NCBI GenBank assembly: GCA_002104905.1 | Contig: MCFE01000427.1 | Coordinates: forward strand, 13,098 to 77,097 | Source: Basidiobolus meristosporus CBS 931.73 | Lineage: Eukaryota; Fungi; Basidiobolomycota | Length of the DNA stretch: 64,000 nucleotides | Direction of reading: 5' to 3' | In this document: piece by piece, positions 52,264 through 62,936 of the stretch | How the letters are laid out: each line of letters begins with the position of its first letter | Numbering within the stretch: position 1 is the stretch's first letter | Program-made: the position numbers and the translations under genes | Notes under the pieces: generated by a model | The model's input: only the letters and a program-made list of their open reading frames with translations | The model's database searches: none | Told to the model about the DNA's origin: nothing

Positions 52264-53241
52264 ATGACTCTCTCTGACCTGCCTAACCTCCACAGCTCAA
52301 GCGACTACTATGCTCAGGCATTCAGCCTTTTCCGCCACTATTCCGACCAGAAGCAGAACGTCAAGCGATGGTACCTGAACAACCTCACGCCGTTGGCTCA
52401 AAAGTACTCTAGGCTTTCTGTCCTCTCCATCGGCTGCGGGAATGGCGACGTGGATGGCTATCTGATTCGCGAGATATTCTTGACCAACTGTGCCCACACT
52501 GTTTACCATGGGGTTGAGCCAAGTAGAGCCCACCGATACGAATTTCTCGACAAGATGCGCTCGGCTAGCAGCAGCGTGACCGTCGGTTATGGGGAGAACA
52601 CACCCTGCGGTATCAATGTCGACTCGTGCGTGTCCGAGAGCATTGATATGCTACTGTTTGACACCGACTTTGAGACGTTCGTTTCCTCTCAAGTGGCAGG
52701 CCCCACCAGATACGACATTATCATTGCTGGTCATTCTTTGTACTACTTGAAGCTCCTGGCCCCGGCGCTGGACTCCATTTTCTACCGGCTTCTTGCACCG
52801 CGCGGCTGTCTCACCATTATTCACACCACTCCGGCTGACTTTCAGTGCACGCCAGCTATGTCTATCTTCAATGAAGGTCAGCCTCGAACCCACGTCCAGA
52901 TTCTCCGGGAGGTGATCAAGCAGCTGGGCCCGCTATCCTGCTCAGGCGACAGTTGGATACCATCGTTAAGCTCTGAAGAATCGTTAGTCCAGGTCCAGAT
53001 CAACGATCTCTATGTCGATGTAAGCTGTTGTCTTGCCGGCTATAACAAGGATAGAGGCAATGCCAGGTCCCTGCTAAGCTTCTTCACTGGCAAAGATCTC
53101 AGGCTGGCCAATTCGGAGCAAATAGAGCGTCTAAGTTCCATCTTGAGAACACAGTGCATCAATCTGGAGCCAGATCGTTGGGTCCTGTGGCAGCCGGAGG
53201 CGATAATCTCGATTAATCTTCAGGGCAATAATTGCTTCTAA
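52264..53241 (+). CDS. Class I SAM-dependent methyltransferase, histamine N-methyltransferase-like (about 325 aa)
   Basis: LSIGCGNGDVD, GVEPS and YDIIIAGHSLYY match the HNMT-type pattern (LSIGGGAGEID, VVEPS, MLYY). True start uncertain. Confidence 0.78.
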   Translation: MTLSDLPNLHSSSDYYAQAFSLFRHYSDQKQNVKRWYLNNLTPLAQKYSRLSVLSIGCGNGDVDGYLIREIFLTNCAHTVYHGVEPSRAHRYEFLDKMRSASSSVTVGYGENTPCGINVDSCVSESIDMLLFDTDFETFVSSQVAGPTRYDIIIAGHSLYYLKLLAPALDSIFYRLLAPRGCLTIIHTTPADFQCTPAMSIFNEGQPRTHVQILREVIKQLGPLSCSGDSWIPSLSSEESLVQVQINDLYVDVSCCLAGYNKDRGNARSLLSFFTGKDLRLANSEQIERLSSILRTQCINLEPDRWVLWQPEAIISINLQGNNCF

Positions 53242-54004
53242 TCGGCCACAGACAGTCTCATTAGAGTATGTATGCGACCGAAGGGGGACTTTTCTAAGTG
53301 CAAAGAGAAAGAGCTCTATCGATTTCCAATCGCACAGCCTCCAACCATCCCTACCCCCGTAAACAAATACTTAGACAAAATAAAGCACACCATCAACATC
53401 CAGTCACCTACCTGTTTGCAATGCGAAGAAGTATTGTGGTATCTCGAATGGCATGTGCCACAGATACTACAGGGCTATGAATACTGTTGTATCCTGGAAG
53501 TCTATGCGATGAAGGCGTAGCATTGACACCGGACTGGTACACTGGACTGGTACACTGGACTGGTACGTAACCCACCTTAGGGGAGTGACCTATATGCGGT
53601 TTTCTTGGCATGAATTATATTATGATAATATCTTGCATTTAGGCTAATGAATGGATATCAGGCGCTGTATGCAGTGCATTGACTGTTTGAGCAGACGTGC
53701 AGAGCCATGCAGAAGTGAAATGAAGCATCTGATTGTCATTGCCTTAGCTTAATATTGATCTTATTTTACGAACTTACGCGGGCCCTGGACGTCTCATTTT
53801 GCTCATCCTCGTGAATCAAATGCTACAATGGGCCTTAATGGTAGGTCAGTATGCTTGTCTCTGATAGAGGCACAGTCACTGTGATGTAGAAACGCTAATA
53901 TCGGCAAAGCACATGTTTATTGTGGCATGGTTGGCGGAGCATACGAATGGTCATATAAAGGCTGATCACCACAACCTTCGGTTGCATAGTAGTAAAATTC
54001 AGCA

Positions 54005-55069
54005 ATGTCTTCCACAGTTTTTGCTCTAACCGCAATTCTGGTCACCATAGGCATTTCGTTCGCCTCCTACCTGGCTGCAGTGAGATCCAAACGATTCAGG
54101 AGAAGGAGCTACATCCAGCAGCTGTATGGGCAGATTCAAACCAAAGATGAGCCTAACAAAGCCGTCATTTACCATAAAATCTTCCGGGAAATCACCGCAG
54201 ACTTCCCGCTAACTATGGACTTTGCATTTGGCCTGGCCAATGTCTATCTATGTGGCATTCCGAATATCAGCAAAAAACTTGCCGCCACTAGGCAGTTCAC
54301 TGAAGCAACTGAGAAACGGTTCGAAGACACAGATATAATGATGCGGGAAGTAATGGAGAACCCGCCTGGCAGTAAGCGCTCTGACATGGCACTTCGCCGG
54401 ATCAATTACATGCATAGGCGTTACCAGATCAGTCTGGAATATGCCTGGTATCTCTTTGGGCTCTACGTGTTCGTTACCATCGACATGATCTCCAAATACG
54501 AGTGGCGCTCGCTATTAGAGGCGGAGAAAGAGGCTATCTACCAATACTGGATGAACTACTTGGCCAGGAAGATGGGCTTTCCTGCTAGCGCAGCGATCGA
54601 CAGCTATCAGAAGTTTGAGGGGTGGTTCCGTGAGTACCATTCCAAGCACCAAGTTTACCATCCTCTAAATACGCGACTGGGCAACGGCATACTGGACTAT
54701 ATTCGGTCCACACTTCCAACATACCTTCAGTGGCTCTCTGACCCTGTGATTTTAAGCCTATGCGAGCCCCTGGAGCTCCATGCTATCTTCCACTGCCCTG
54801 ATGTGCCCGACTGTAAAAACGAGCGGTTAAAGCGTAGGGTTTGGCCTTCTTTGCTGATATCGGGTGGATTTTTTGTGCGGCGATGCATTGTCAGGTACCT
54901 CTGCTTCCCAAAAGATATACCCCGGCGCACCCCCGAATCCAAGCGCCCAGATGGGAGTTACGTGCCCAACTGGGAAATCTCCCCCGGTTGTATCTATGCC
55001 AATGGATACACAATTGAATCGATTGGCCCTCCTAAGTTTGCACACAAGTTTGGAGAGCTCTACCACTAA
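54005..55069 (+). CDS. MpaB/DUF2236 family oxygenase-like protein, paralog of 33438 (354 aa)
   Basis: Same length and motifs as 33438-34502; conserved TATAAAGGC.GA.CACCACAACCTTCG promoter at 53954. Confidence 0.8.
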   Translation: MSSTVFALTAILVTIGISFASYLAAVRSKRFRRRSYIQQLYGQIQTKDEPNKAVIYHKIFREITADFPLTMDFAFGLANVYLCGIPNISKKLAATRQFTEATEKRFEDTDIMMREVMENPPGSKRSDMALRRINYMHRRYQISLEYAWYLFGLYVFVTIDMISKYEWRSLLEAEKEAIYQYWMNYLARKMGFPASAAIDSYQKFEGWFREYHSKHQVYHPLNTRLGNGILDYIRSTLPTYLQWLSDPVILSLCEPLELHAIFHCPDVPDCKNERLKRRVWPSLLISGGFFVRRCIVRYLCFPKDIPRRTPESKRPDGSYVPNWEISPGCIYANGYTIESIGPPKFAHKFGELYH

Positions 55070-55629
55070 AATGTGCTTCTATATTACTAGTTCTGCGATA
55101 GAGCAACTTTAAGGTATGGGGGACGCAAGCACCCAAAGTAATACAGACTGTGCTATTGATGCTTATAACGTAACTTACCTTGAGGACGAGCCTAGATGGT
55201 GTTGTCCAAAATAAATGTAACTTCAAATAGATATCATACCCCAATGTAGTTGTTGAGTTTAGCGGTATGCTATGGATGCTGGTATGATATGGGCTTGTGA
55301 ATGATAACCATCAAGTGTAAAGCCTCTTACTACTCAGAGCAAATATGCACAGAAGCCCAGTCAATGTAAGATTGCTCTAAGAAAACTAGGCCTAAAGGTC
55401 AGGTGGAGGCAGTCCATATAGGTGAAACTTACATATCAAGTGAAACAAAAAAGTTAGCATTACTTTTGTAGGGTTAACTGAGTGACATTTACTCACAGGT
55501 GAAAGTACTTATTTCATAGTGACCATGGCTATAAAATCAATGATGATTAGGGAACAAACAATTTGTGACTACCTGTTGTATCTAAGAATAAAGTGTAATA
55601 AACTCTTGAATAGCTCAACTGAACCAAAG

Positions 55630-55905
55630 GGATAATCAAGTGCAGAGTCTTAGAATTGTCAGAGAGTGACAGCAATGGTAGCAGGGAGATTCTGATCTAA
55701 TATTGGTATTGTATACAGCTGGGTTTGGCTATAAAGGCAACAGAGTTGGTTTGCTATACAGGCTAAGCTTGGTGTTCTTAGTAGTGATGAATATGCTAGG
55801 CTTGGGTGGAAACTAGAACAGAATTGCTGAATTCTTATTTTTGCTGAGACACAATCTAAATTTTGTTGAGACACACACTAAACCAAAAGGTTCAGTAAAC
55901 TTAGC
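55630..55905 (-). mobile_element. Truncated 697-bp-family LTR fragment
   Basis: Reverse-complement match to the 3' part of the 697-bp LTR; breaks off at about 55903, immediately before a telomeric-module 3' end. Confidence 0.7.
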
Positions 55906-56179
55906 TCACCCTAAGGAAACTCACCAAGTATTGGTGAAATCTTTATTTGCAGTCTGGATTAAAACAAACATAGAAGCCAGCAGGGATTAAAGTCCCTTAA
56001 ACAATAATTCTTAACTGAATTCAAAGCAGTATCCTAAAGAGTGAAATCCTTATTAAATATCCTGTATCAAGAAGCCAAGTTAGAATTTAGATAACTGGAA
56101 TGCAGAAAGCCTACAAGATAAACTTTGACTTTGTTGCTTCCCAAATATCCTTAATATCAAAGTCTAGTGGAAAATGCAT
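55906..56179 (-). mobile_element. 3' remnant of the telomeric coiled-coil ORF module
   Basis: TCACCAAGTATTGGTGAAATCTTTATTT signature at 55921; minus strand encodes PLDFDIKDIWEATKSKFIL-stop, matching the end of ORF 59598-60398. Confidence 0.75.
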
Positions 56180-57825
56180 TGTTGTGCATCAACATTTAAA
56201 GCTTGGCCAATTTCATTCCATTAGAAAATCTAGTACCCTAACTGATTTTCCCTAACCCAAACATAACTAATCCCTGTTATGGTTTATTTTATCACTTCTC
56301 AGAATCTATTTTTAGCTGTCACACCTGATCAATTTTCATGTGGTCATTACATCCTCAACAGATCTGCTAAGCCTTTCCAAGTGATTAGTCATCTGAGATT
56401 TATCCAACTACTTAGCAGTTGCCAAGACATCAGCTGATTAATGATGCAATTTTTCATTTATCTTATACACCTATCAACACCCCAACAGATTTCAATTAGT
56501 TCAGTCTCTTGGCACTTACTAATGCAACTCAATCAGAAGAGTATAAATAAAGTTTACTGAACCTTTTGGTTTAGTGTGTGTCTCAACAAAATTAAAATTG
56601 TGCCTTAGTAAAATTAAGAATTCCACAATTCCATTCTAGTTTCCACCCAAGCCTAGCACATCCAGTATTCCCAAGAACACCAAGCTAGCCTGTAAAGCAA
56701 ACCAACTCTGTTGCTTTTATAGCCCAACTCAACTATATACAAAACCAATATTAGACCAGAGCTTCTCTGCTAATATTTCTGTCACCCTTGACAAATCTAA
56801 GATTCTGCACTTAGTTATCACTTAGGTTCAGTTAACTCATTCAAGAGTTTTGTTAAACTTTTCTCTTGGATACAACATTTTTTTGTTGAATTCCATTACA
56901 TTCAACAGCATTACAATATGTCCTCAGCAGCAAGCAATCCAAATCTTTCCATGATGGAAGAAGCCCGCAGAAATCAGAAAGAACTAACTGAACAGCTTGA
57001 AAACATCATGCATGAAAGAAACACTTTGATGCTTGAGCACTCAAAGCTTGCCAAGACAAGATCTGACAATCATTGTAGAGATTAACTTCTTGAAGTTATT
57101 TCCAGTTACCAAGATGAAATTGGAATTATCAAAGAAGCCCTGGAGAATGTTGCCATTGTAATTGACAGCATTGAAAATCCACCAGGCCTTGCTCTGCATC
57201 AGCCACCAAGAAGTCATGCCTTTGGATCCTCCAGATCTACCTCTCCCTCTGGACCTACCCTGGTGGCTGTCCCAAGATCCTTGCCTCTTTATGCTGAAGG
57301 AGCCATTGCTATAAAGAATCCTACTGAGTTTCTTTACAAGCTTAGTTATGTCTTAGCTGCACACCAGCTAGACCCTGACACCAATTGGGCTAGACTTCTG
57401 CCTCTCTGTCTCACCATGCAAGATGCTGACTGGGTTGAGGAGAGCATTCCTTCCAATAGTACATGGAAAGTTGCACAGAACCTCTTTTGTGGCCTTTTTG
57501 TAGATCCCCTCAAGAAAGCACATTGAAACTGCAACTTGGGGAAAACTAAAATGCAAAAAGGTGAATCTGTGCAGCACTTCTGTGATAGATTCAAGAGACA
57601 AATGAGACTAGCTGGAGTTAGTGATGACAATCCATTGCTTACTTCTCATTTTCTTTCAAACTTTTCACACCAGCTACAGAGCAATGTTACTATTGTCAAA
57701 GCATGCAACCCTGAACATACCTATCACAAAATCTGAGAGATATGTACACTTACAATCACCATGACTGCAGCTGTTAGCCAGGCTTCAGGCAACTCCATTC
57801 AAGATGCAGCAACTACCAGAAAAGA
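56180..57825 (+). mobile_element. 5' part of a Ty3/gypsy-like element: 697-bp LTR (56180-56877) plus broken gag, truncated by the telomeric array
   Basis: LTR without matching TSD. Interrupted ORF from 56918 with retrotransposon gag-like segments (WARLLPLCL, TWKVAQNLF, MQKGESVQHFCDRFKRQMRLAG). No pol follows. Confidence 0.65.
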
Positions 57826-57891
57826 GGGTTAGTAGGGGGACAGTCACCAACAGGTGAAATCTTTATTTCAGTTGAAACAAAGAAGCCAGCT

Positions 57892-58811
57892 CTACTGTTG
57901 TAGCTTTGATACAACAGTGTGTAGCTGAGGGGAATTTATAGGTAAGTTAATAAGAAGTGATGATAGTTCTTCAGTGCTCAAGACCGTTTTCAGGGGGAAG
58001 GGGGGTAGCAAGAGGGGTAAGAATGATTTGTGAACAACATTAATGAGGGGAATATGATAAGGATTGATATTCATCATAAAGGGAGTGTGCTGCTGCAGAT
58101 ATTGCTGCCAAAGGTCTGTCAAGTACTTCAGGTAGGCCAGCTTGGGTTTTTCTGACTGCAGAATATAGTGAGCAAACTTCTTGACTTCAGGATCTCCAAG
58201 TATAGTTCTCCAGCAGGAGCCAGGTGTTCTGTGGTGTGTTCTCTTCCAGGCCTTAATCAGTGGGTTGTTGCAGTGGTGAAGTCTGAGATATAATCTGGTT
58301 CTAAGGTAGAGTAGTTTGATCTTGTAGGGCATAAACCCAAAAGCACCAAGAATAGCATGTCTGTAGGGGCATTCAGGCAGATGAGACACCAGGGATGTAA
58401 TGCACCATACTGCAAACTTGTCAAGCTTAGTGCAGTCTCTAGAAGTAAGAGAGAGAAGTGGTAAGCCAAATTCCAGGACAGGGAAGACAAACTGCTCAAG
58501 TAGAAGGAGGCAGCTGGGAGCTGAAGTTGTAGGAGGAGTAACAGCCAGTAGCTTGTGGAGTGCTTGTCTTGCCAGGATGATTCTTTTCTTCTGGTGTGCT
58601 CCAGAGTCTAGTCCAGTAGGAAGGAAAGGAAAGCCAAGATATGTAGCAGAAACTTGAGCAGGTAGAGTGCAGTTGTCTAAGCTGATAGTACAGCCCAAAG
58701 GTACTGTCTTTGCAATGGAAAGCTGGAGATTATTCTTCTGCAGATACTGGTGGATGGACTGGGAATCTTGTTGCACATTGGAGGAGGATATTCCAATGCC
58801 ATCAGCAAAGA
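57892..58811 (-). pseudogene. 5'-truncated non-LTR RT ORF, subfamily A (C-terminal part)
   Basis: Begins at PLTLFADG (RT YADD region), continues LSIAKT, ATYLGFPF, FVFPVLEFG; ends KLQQ-stop. Confidence 0.8.
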
Positions 58812-59597
58812 GGGTTAGGGGAGGGAAAGTCACCAAGGTAGATGAAATCTTTATTTGATTTCAGACAAGTCTGACTACAAATAAAGAAGCCTGCTGAGAA
58901 TAGAAGATTCCCAAAGTAAACACTTAGGGGAGGAACATCACCAAGTGGTGAAATCTTTATTTACTTATGACAAGTATCTAAAGAAGCCAAGTTAATCTGA
59001 AGTTATTCCTAGAAAGCTAGGTCTGAGAGATATCTTCCTGGTAAGCCAGGTCTGAGAGTTGGAAGCTGAGTGGTATTATATTTCCTAGTTAGCTAGGTCT
59101 GAGAGTGGTTTCCTGGATAGCCAGGCCTGAGAAGTGAGAATCTGAGTATATCTGAGTTGAGTTGTACTGATTTGCGGTAGCTAATTTGTGGCTGGAATGG
59201 CCAGTAGACTGGGGGAACTGAGAGGAATATCTGGGCAATCACTGGCCAAATTTACCAGGCAAATCTGACCAATTAGCATTTCAAGGATTTCAGCCAATCA
59301 GAGCCTTTACTTTGCCCGATGGTTGATCAAGCCATCTCCCAATGAGCTCACTTCAATTTTTTGATTAAATTTTGTTGGATCCAGGATTTGAACCCACAAC
59401 CATGGGTATGGAAGGGTTAGGGATGACCACAAGGCTAAGTGTTCTTGGTTAGGGTGTAGGTGTTATAGTAAGGGCTAAGAAAAGGTTAGAAGAGTAGGGG
59501 TCTTAGGGGGGATGATAATCACCACAGGGTGAAATCTTTATTTCAATTGTAAATAAAGAAGCCAAGTTTGAATATGAATATCTGAGATAAAGTAAGC

Positions 59598-60398
59598 CTA
59601 CAAGATAAACTTGGACTTTGCTGTATCCCAGATATCCTCAATATCAAAGTTTAGAGGAGAATGTAGCAAAACTGCTTGTTCACTGTAGTATTTCTTGAGG
59701 AAGTTTGTGACTTGAAGGGAAGGAGAGTTTTTCAACAAGCTGGTAAACCTTTTGAGGAGTTCTTTTTCCAGAGAGAATGGTACAAAGAGTGGAATGTCTA
59801 AATGATGTCTGAATATATGCTCTGAGAGCTCCCAATCCAGCATATTTTTGACTTCCTCTGTAAAATCTTCCACAATATCTTTGTCAAGAATGACTTCCAA
59901 GAGATCCCTGGCAATGTACTGAATGTTAATAATCTTGGGCATATGAATACCTAGGTCCTTGAGGTAGTTTCTTTGTTCTGAAATTGGAAGATAGCCAGCA
60001 TTTCTGAAATAGCAAACAGCCCAATTGGCAGTGGGAGGAGTATCAGGGCTGACAGGGAATCTTCTTCTGGCTTTAGGGTGCACTGGCTTAGGTGGCTGTC
60101 TTATTGGGAGAACAGTGGACTTTGGATGAGCTTGAAGTGCTTGGGAGTATGTCTGAGTATGAATGGCAGGAGTTGCTGGTTGCTGACAGTGTTCAGATTG
60201 ACTGGAAGAAGTGCTGGTTGAGGGGTTGCAAGGTAAGGAAGTAGCTGAAAGAGAAGTAGAGAGTGCTGGGTGAAGTTCAGAGAGAGTTTTGAAAAGAACC
60301 TGGATCTGAGATTTCAACATTGAGTTTTCAGCTTCAAGAAGAGAAACTCTTTGTTCAAGGTAAGAAGTCTGTAAAGAGTGAAAGTTGTGTAAAGACAT
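59598..60398 (-). CDS. RT-less ORF1/gag-like protein with N-terminal coiled coil (266 aa) in its own telomeric module
   Basis: LEQRVSLLEAENSMLKSQIQVL heptad pattern, disordered linker, globular C-terminus. TATAAA about 70 nt upstream; own 3' signature at 59503-59560. Confidence 0.65.
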   Translation of the reverse strand: MSLHNFHSLQTSYLEQRVSLLEAENSMLKSQIQVLFKTLSELHPALSTSLSATSLPCNPSTSTSSSQSEHCQQPATPAIHTQTYSQALQAHPKSTVLPIRQPPKPVHPKARRRFPVSPDTPPTANWAVCYFRNAGYLPISEQRNYLKDLGIHMPKIINIQYIARDLLEVILDKDIVEDFTEEVKNMLDWELSEHIFRHHLDIPLFVPFSLEKELLKRFTSLLKNSPSLQVTNFLKKYYSEQAVLLHSPLNFDIEDIWDTAKSKFIL

Positions 60399-60624
60399 GG
60401 AAGAAGTAGATAATAAGAAGAAAAGAGAGGAAAGATCAGAAATTGAAAATCTCAGAATTTATAGATGGATGGACAAGGGTGAAGGATAGATTAATCCAGG
60501 GTTAGGGAAAAATAGTTAAGAAGAAAAGAGAGGGGGTTAGGGGAGGGAAAGTCACCAAGTTGGTGAAATCTTTATTTGAGTTAAGAACTAATCTAAGTAC
60601 AAATAAAGAAGCCAATTAAGAGGT

Positions 60625-62498
60625 CTAGAACCTCTCTAATAAGTAATCTAATTTATGTTTTGTTTCATCTCTAATGTTTGTTTCAATAAAGTAAAGCTCA
60701 TCAGGGGTAAATATAAAATTCAGGGGTTTTGGGGGAAGTACAAATTGTAGATGTTTCTGATCAATATAATCCAAGACTGGAACCCAGCCTGGGATTAGGT
60801 GTAGTAGGAAAGGTGTGTGGACTTGTAAGTAGCTCTGCCACATAGATCTTAGATGGTCCTGAGCTAGTAGTCTTGGTTTCTCAGCTTTTTGAAGTTTTGA
60901 AGCAAGCTCTGTTACTACAGCAGAGCCAAGCAGGGTGTGCCAGCAAGAAGATTTCAGGGAGGAGTTAGATTGAAGCCATTGTTTGATGGAGGGGTGTTGT
61001 GATTTCTGAAGTTTGACTAGGAAGGAAGCCCGGAGATAGATCATTTGGATTTGGTATGGGTAGAGCCCAAAGGCTCCATTAGTTGCATGGATATAGGGAG
61101 ATACTGGAAGATAAGGTACCAAGGATCTGATACACTGATGGAGAAATTTATCCAGGCGGTGAAGTTCTCTGGAGGTTAGGGGTATAATGTGGAGACCAAA
61201 TTCAAGTACCGGCAGTACATACTGCTTCAGGAGTATAGGGATCTTTTGAATTGGAGTGTCTGGAGTGACTACTACCAGAAGCTTTTTGAGAGCCTGTTGG
61301 GCAAGACAGATCCTATTATTCAGGTGGAGCTTTGAGTCAATCCCATGTTGACAAAACGGCAGACCTAGATATATTGCAGTTTGTTGTGGCAGAATGCTAG
61401 TGTTCTGTATAGTTGTAGTGCATCCAATTGGGACTGTCTTGGAAATTGAGAGTGAGAGGTTGTTGGCAGCCAAGTACTTCTCAATGATGGCAGTGTCGCT
61501 ATGGGATTAGGAGTAGCAATCTTGGTATCATCTGCATAGAGAGTTAGTAGTGGATAGGGAGAGTCTGGTGAGGGGCCTTTTGGAAATAAAGGAAAGTCAT
61601 GTAGGAATATCACAAATAGTAAGGGACCTAGAACAGATCCTTGGACTACTCCATTTGGAACCTCATAAGTCTCTGATGTGCAACTTGGATGCAAAATTTT
61701 GGCTGAGTTCTCACAAAATAGAGAATGTACAAGAATGGTCATTGGTAGTGTGGTAACTGCTAATAGCTTTCTCCAAAGCAGAGCTCTGTCCACAGAGTCA
61801 AAGGCTTTAGTAATGTCAAACAGAATGGTTGGCAATGAGAATTGAAGTGAATGATCATGGCTTAGCACTACAGCCATATCCAAGGAGAGTTTGGGCAAGA
61901 AGCCAAACTGAGAAGGATGGAATGGATATAGTTGAGATTGCAAGGATCTTGCTATTATAAGCTCAAAGATTTTCCAGCAGGTTGGTAGGAGTGAAACTGG
62001 CCGGTAAGAACCTGGGAGTGAGTGTTTCCCCTTCCCTTTGTATAAGGGTAATACATTTGCCTGTGACCAGGCCTTTGGGGTAGTCAATTGTTGGGCACCA
62101 ATAGAGTAGAATGGGAGAAGTAAGTGACTCATTTTGGAGTAGCACACCCGGAGTAGATCGTAGGTAATCAAGTCATGTCCAGGTGCAGTATTTGCAGGAA
62201 GCTTCTTTAAAATTTTCTCCAGAAGCTTTGCTGAAACCACAATTGGAGATGTTGGACTGGTGGATATGTTACCAGTATGGTAGAAAGGAGGAGTGGGATG
62301 CATGGTTGAATCAAAGAATATAGGGGCCAGTTTGTCTGGTGATGGTATACTCCTTGCTTGGGGTCTCATGGCTTTGTATACTCTTGATATGGACCTTGTG
62401 GTGGCATTCATATTTACTAAGGGCAAGGTATCCATGATATGAGCCCATAATCTAGTATGCTCAGTGATCTGTAGTGACTTGGAGTAGGAGATTGCAAT
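60625..62498 (-). CDS. Non-LTR (LINE-type) reverse transcriptase, subfamily B; 5'-truncated, one frameshift near 61365-61473
   Basis: APGHD, WSQANVLPLYKGKG, YRPVSLL, QFGF, FDITKAFDSVD, GVVQGSVLGPLLF, YADD. The frame stays open upstream of the listed ATG until the CCCTAA junction. Confidence 0.9.
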
Positions 62499-62563
62499 TT
62501 AGGGGGGGGAGACAGTCACCAACAGGTGAAATCTTTATTTCAGTTGAAACAAAGAAGCCAGCG

Positions 62564-62871
62564 CTACTGTTGTAGCTTTGATACAAGAGTGTGTAGCTGA
62601 GGGGAATTTGTAGGTAAGTTAATAAGAAGTGATGATAGTTCTTCAGTGCTCAAGACACTGTTCAGTGGGAAGGGGGGTAGCAAGAGAGGTAAGAATGACT
62701 TGTGAATAACATTAAAGAGGGGAATGTGATAAGGATTGATATTCATCATAAAGGGAGTGTGCTGCTGCAGATATTGCTGCCAAAGGTCTGTCAAGTACTT
62801 CAGGTAGGCCAGCTTGGGTTTTTCTGACTGCAGAATAAATTCAGCAAACTTCTTGACTTCAGGATCTCCAA
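62564..62871 (-). pseudogene. Short 3' fragment of RT subfamily A
   Basis: Near-identical to the last about 100 codons of 62937-63743; joined through GGGTTAGGG. Confidence 0.85.
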
Positions 62872-62936
62872 GGGTTAGGGGGAGACAGTCACCAACAGGT
62901 GAAATCTTTATTTCAGTTGAAACAAAGAAGCCAGCG

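Noticed and set aside
15390-53241. One RiPP cluster in which the HNMT-like enzyme methylates HGNEKH histidines
   Set aside because: Genes are 17-37 kb apart with many unrelated loci between; attractive but unsupported by sequence alone.
53525-53570. Three copies of a 13-bp unit (GGACTGGTACACT)
   Set aside because: Short local slippage repeat with no further structure.
60625-62498. Assignment of the RT to Penelope-like Athena/Coprina or to telomerase
   Set aside because: Motifs (KAFDSV, GVVQGS, YRPVSLL) are LINE-type, not PLE or TERT-type.
60625-62498. Claim that the RT element is natively endonuclease-free
   Set aside because: The ORF is open up to the truncation junction, so an N-terminal APE domain may simply be missing from this copy.
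57826-62930. Hammerhead ribozyme in the module 3' ends, as in Penelope/Terminon elements
   Set aside because: GAAA follows a hairpin on the + strand, but no conserved CUGANGA core is present on either strand.
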